Of a DNA stretch of 64,000 nt, positions 62,477 to 64,000 are shown in pieces. Below the pieces are notes generated by a model. It worked only from the letters and a program-made list of their open reading frames with translations, was not told where the DNA came from and ran no database searches. Source of the DNA: Chara braunii. Its lineage: Eukaryota; Plantae; Charophyceae. Made by a program: the position numbers and the translations under genes. How positions within the stretch are numbered: position 1 is the stretch's first letter; each line of letters begins with the position of its first letter. The stretch lies in NCBI GenBank assembly GCA_003427395.1, contig BFEA01000003.1, positions 118,905 through 182,904 of the forward strand. Reading direction: 5' to 3'.

Positions 62477-62563
62477 AGCGGCCTAGCTCAGTTGGTTGAG
62501 CATGTAAGTGATGTACAGGAGGTCGTGGGTTTGATTCCCCACAGCATCCATTCGATTCCCCAC
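62477..62563 (+). other. tRNA-derived Pol III head (SINE-like or tRNA pseudogene)
   Basis: A box TAGCTCAGTTGG at 62484-62495 and B box GGTTTGATTCC at 62528-62538, at tRNA spacing. The acceptor and anticodon stems do not close. Confidence 0.6.
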
Positions 62564-64000
62564 AACCTCCTGAATGGCTAACTTCGGGTTCACCGGCTGA
62601 GAAAGTAGGCTTGTCCCTCCTTGCTGGTTGTGGAAGTTGAGTCGTTCTTGCCAGCCCGTGCCATGCGTTAGGAGCTTGGGTGCTGCTCCCCGCACAGAGC
62701 AGAGCTAGGCAGTTGTAGACCCACAACCATAGGATAGCTTAGGCCTGGTTAGTAAATTTAAGGCTGGTCCTCTTTCGTAGCCTTAGACCCTAGCCTTAGA
62801 CTCTAGTCTTAGACCCCAGATCTCCTGGGTGTGTGGATGGGCTCTTGTTTGTCCAGGGTAGGTAAGGCGAGGTAATAATATGGCCGGTCCCTTGCTTGTA
62901 GGTAGTGCGAGGCACAATACCGAGAGAAGGTGAGGGCATAGTAAAAAATGCAGCTGTCCCCCATATGAGGAGAAGACAAGCCTGCCAAAAAAAAAAAAAA
63001 AAAAAAAAAAGAACAAGAAGAAGCTACTGGACATATTTCTTTGCATTGTCCTTTTTGGAACTTGTGGCTTTTGTTTTGGGAATTGCTAGTGCTGTGCAAT
63101 GCTGGTGCCGTGAGGGCTGTGAACACGAGTGCACTTTCTATATGGAGCCCTCTCTTGTCACGGAAAATGTGATTATGGCGGTTGCTGAAGTTCATGTTGT
63201 CTTTCCTTTTTACAGAAGCGTGATGAGGAAAACTTTGTTCAGATGTTGCACATGATCTCGGAGGTGCATGGACTTTTCTTTTCGTACTCAGCAGACATCA
63301 CAATCAGGTTTGTATCAACTAGCCAATCAGGTGTTGTTGCACAGCAATACTCTTTTCCTATGTGCTTTTTCCTGTGGTATCCCCTAGTTGTTCACCACCT
63401 CTTCCTTTACTGTGTTACTGCCACAATCCTGTTGCGAGCTTCAATCTCCCCCTATGAAACGACTGATTTGGGTTTAGAAAGCTCTTATCCTGCAGAACTG
63501 GATGAGTTGTACAGTTTAACATCCCCCTCCCTCCTTTCTCCCCAATCCCCCCAGCACCTGTAATGGGCCTGGATGAAGGGTTGGGCACCAGTGATGGGGC
63601 ACAATCGGCATCGAGGCTCAACGTAGTTTCACTCTCAGAAGCAGCATTTTTATTTTACTGTTTTCCAATCTATGGCTTGTGACTTCAAACCACCACTTTT
63701 GGGAACCTTAGTTGTGTTGTAAATCGGTGGTTCTGTGTGAAACAAAATCAGCACAATAAAAGTATGTAAGAAAAACCTGAGTGAGGACGCTGCCCGGCCG
63801 GTTGGGTCCGGGTAAACTGGGCGGGCTGAAAAACCGCCCATGTTACGGACTTCGCCAGGGCTCGATCCCTGATCTATCTTTTGCTGTTTCGGCTGCGTCC
63901 CGTTTTCGGCCTGGCACCCTTTTTCCAAACCCCTCCTTTGGTACCGTAGGATTTTGGACAACTGGCGCCATGCTGCAATTCGGGCGCCACTTTCAAATAC

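Noticed and set aside
63956-63976. LTR end plus TGGCGCC PBS at the window edge
   Set aside because: The motif is short, with no second LTR or downstream coding sequence visible, so it cannot be supported.

Overview
Eukaryotic, TE-saturated window with no recognisable host protein-coding gene. The plant-type U6, iMet PBS, chromovirus and L1-like LINEs point to a green plant or streptophyte alga; Chara-like is my impression only. Contents: (i) two diverged, oppositely oriented copies (1-6139 +, truncated by the window edge; ~38344-44519 -) of an unclassified ~6.2-6.6 kb element. It carries four colinear, same-strand ORFs of unknown function conserved at protein level, conserved termini and no RT, integrase or transposase, and may be a giant solo LTR encoding accessory proteins. 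This is the top finding. (ii) A 5'-truncated minus-strand L1-like LINE whose endonuclease region was hit twice at one ~27-bp site, by a 1.5-kb non-coding poly(A) retroposon and by a full-length 9-kb L1-like LINE. (iii) Several Harbinger/Tourist-type MITEs, one nested in another. (iv) A microsatellite and tandem-repeat zone with a 170-N gap. (v) A decayed Gypsy gag-pro-RT remnant and a split LTR with a Met PBS. (vi) A U6 snRNA retrocopy with TSD. (vii) A 62-bp-arm hairpin. (viii) A complete but decayed chromovirus LTR retrotransposon (49042-58052 -), two related solo-LTR-like repeats and a tRNA-derived SINE-like head. All comparisons were made by eye; no database search was run.
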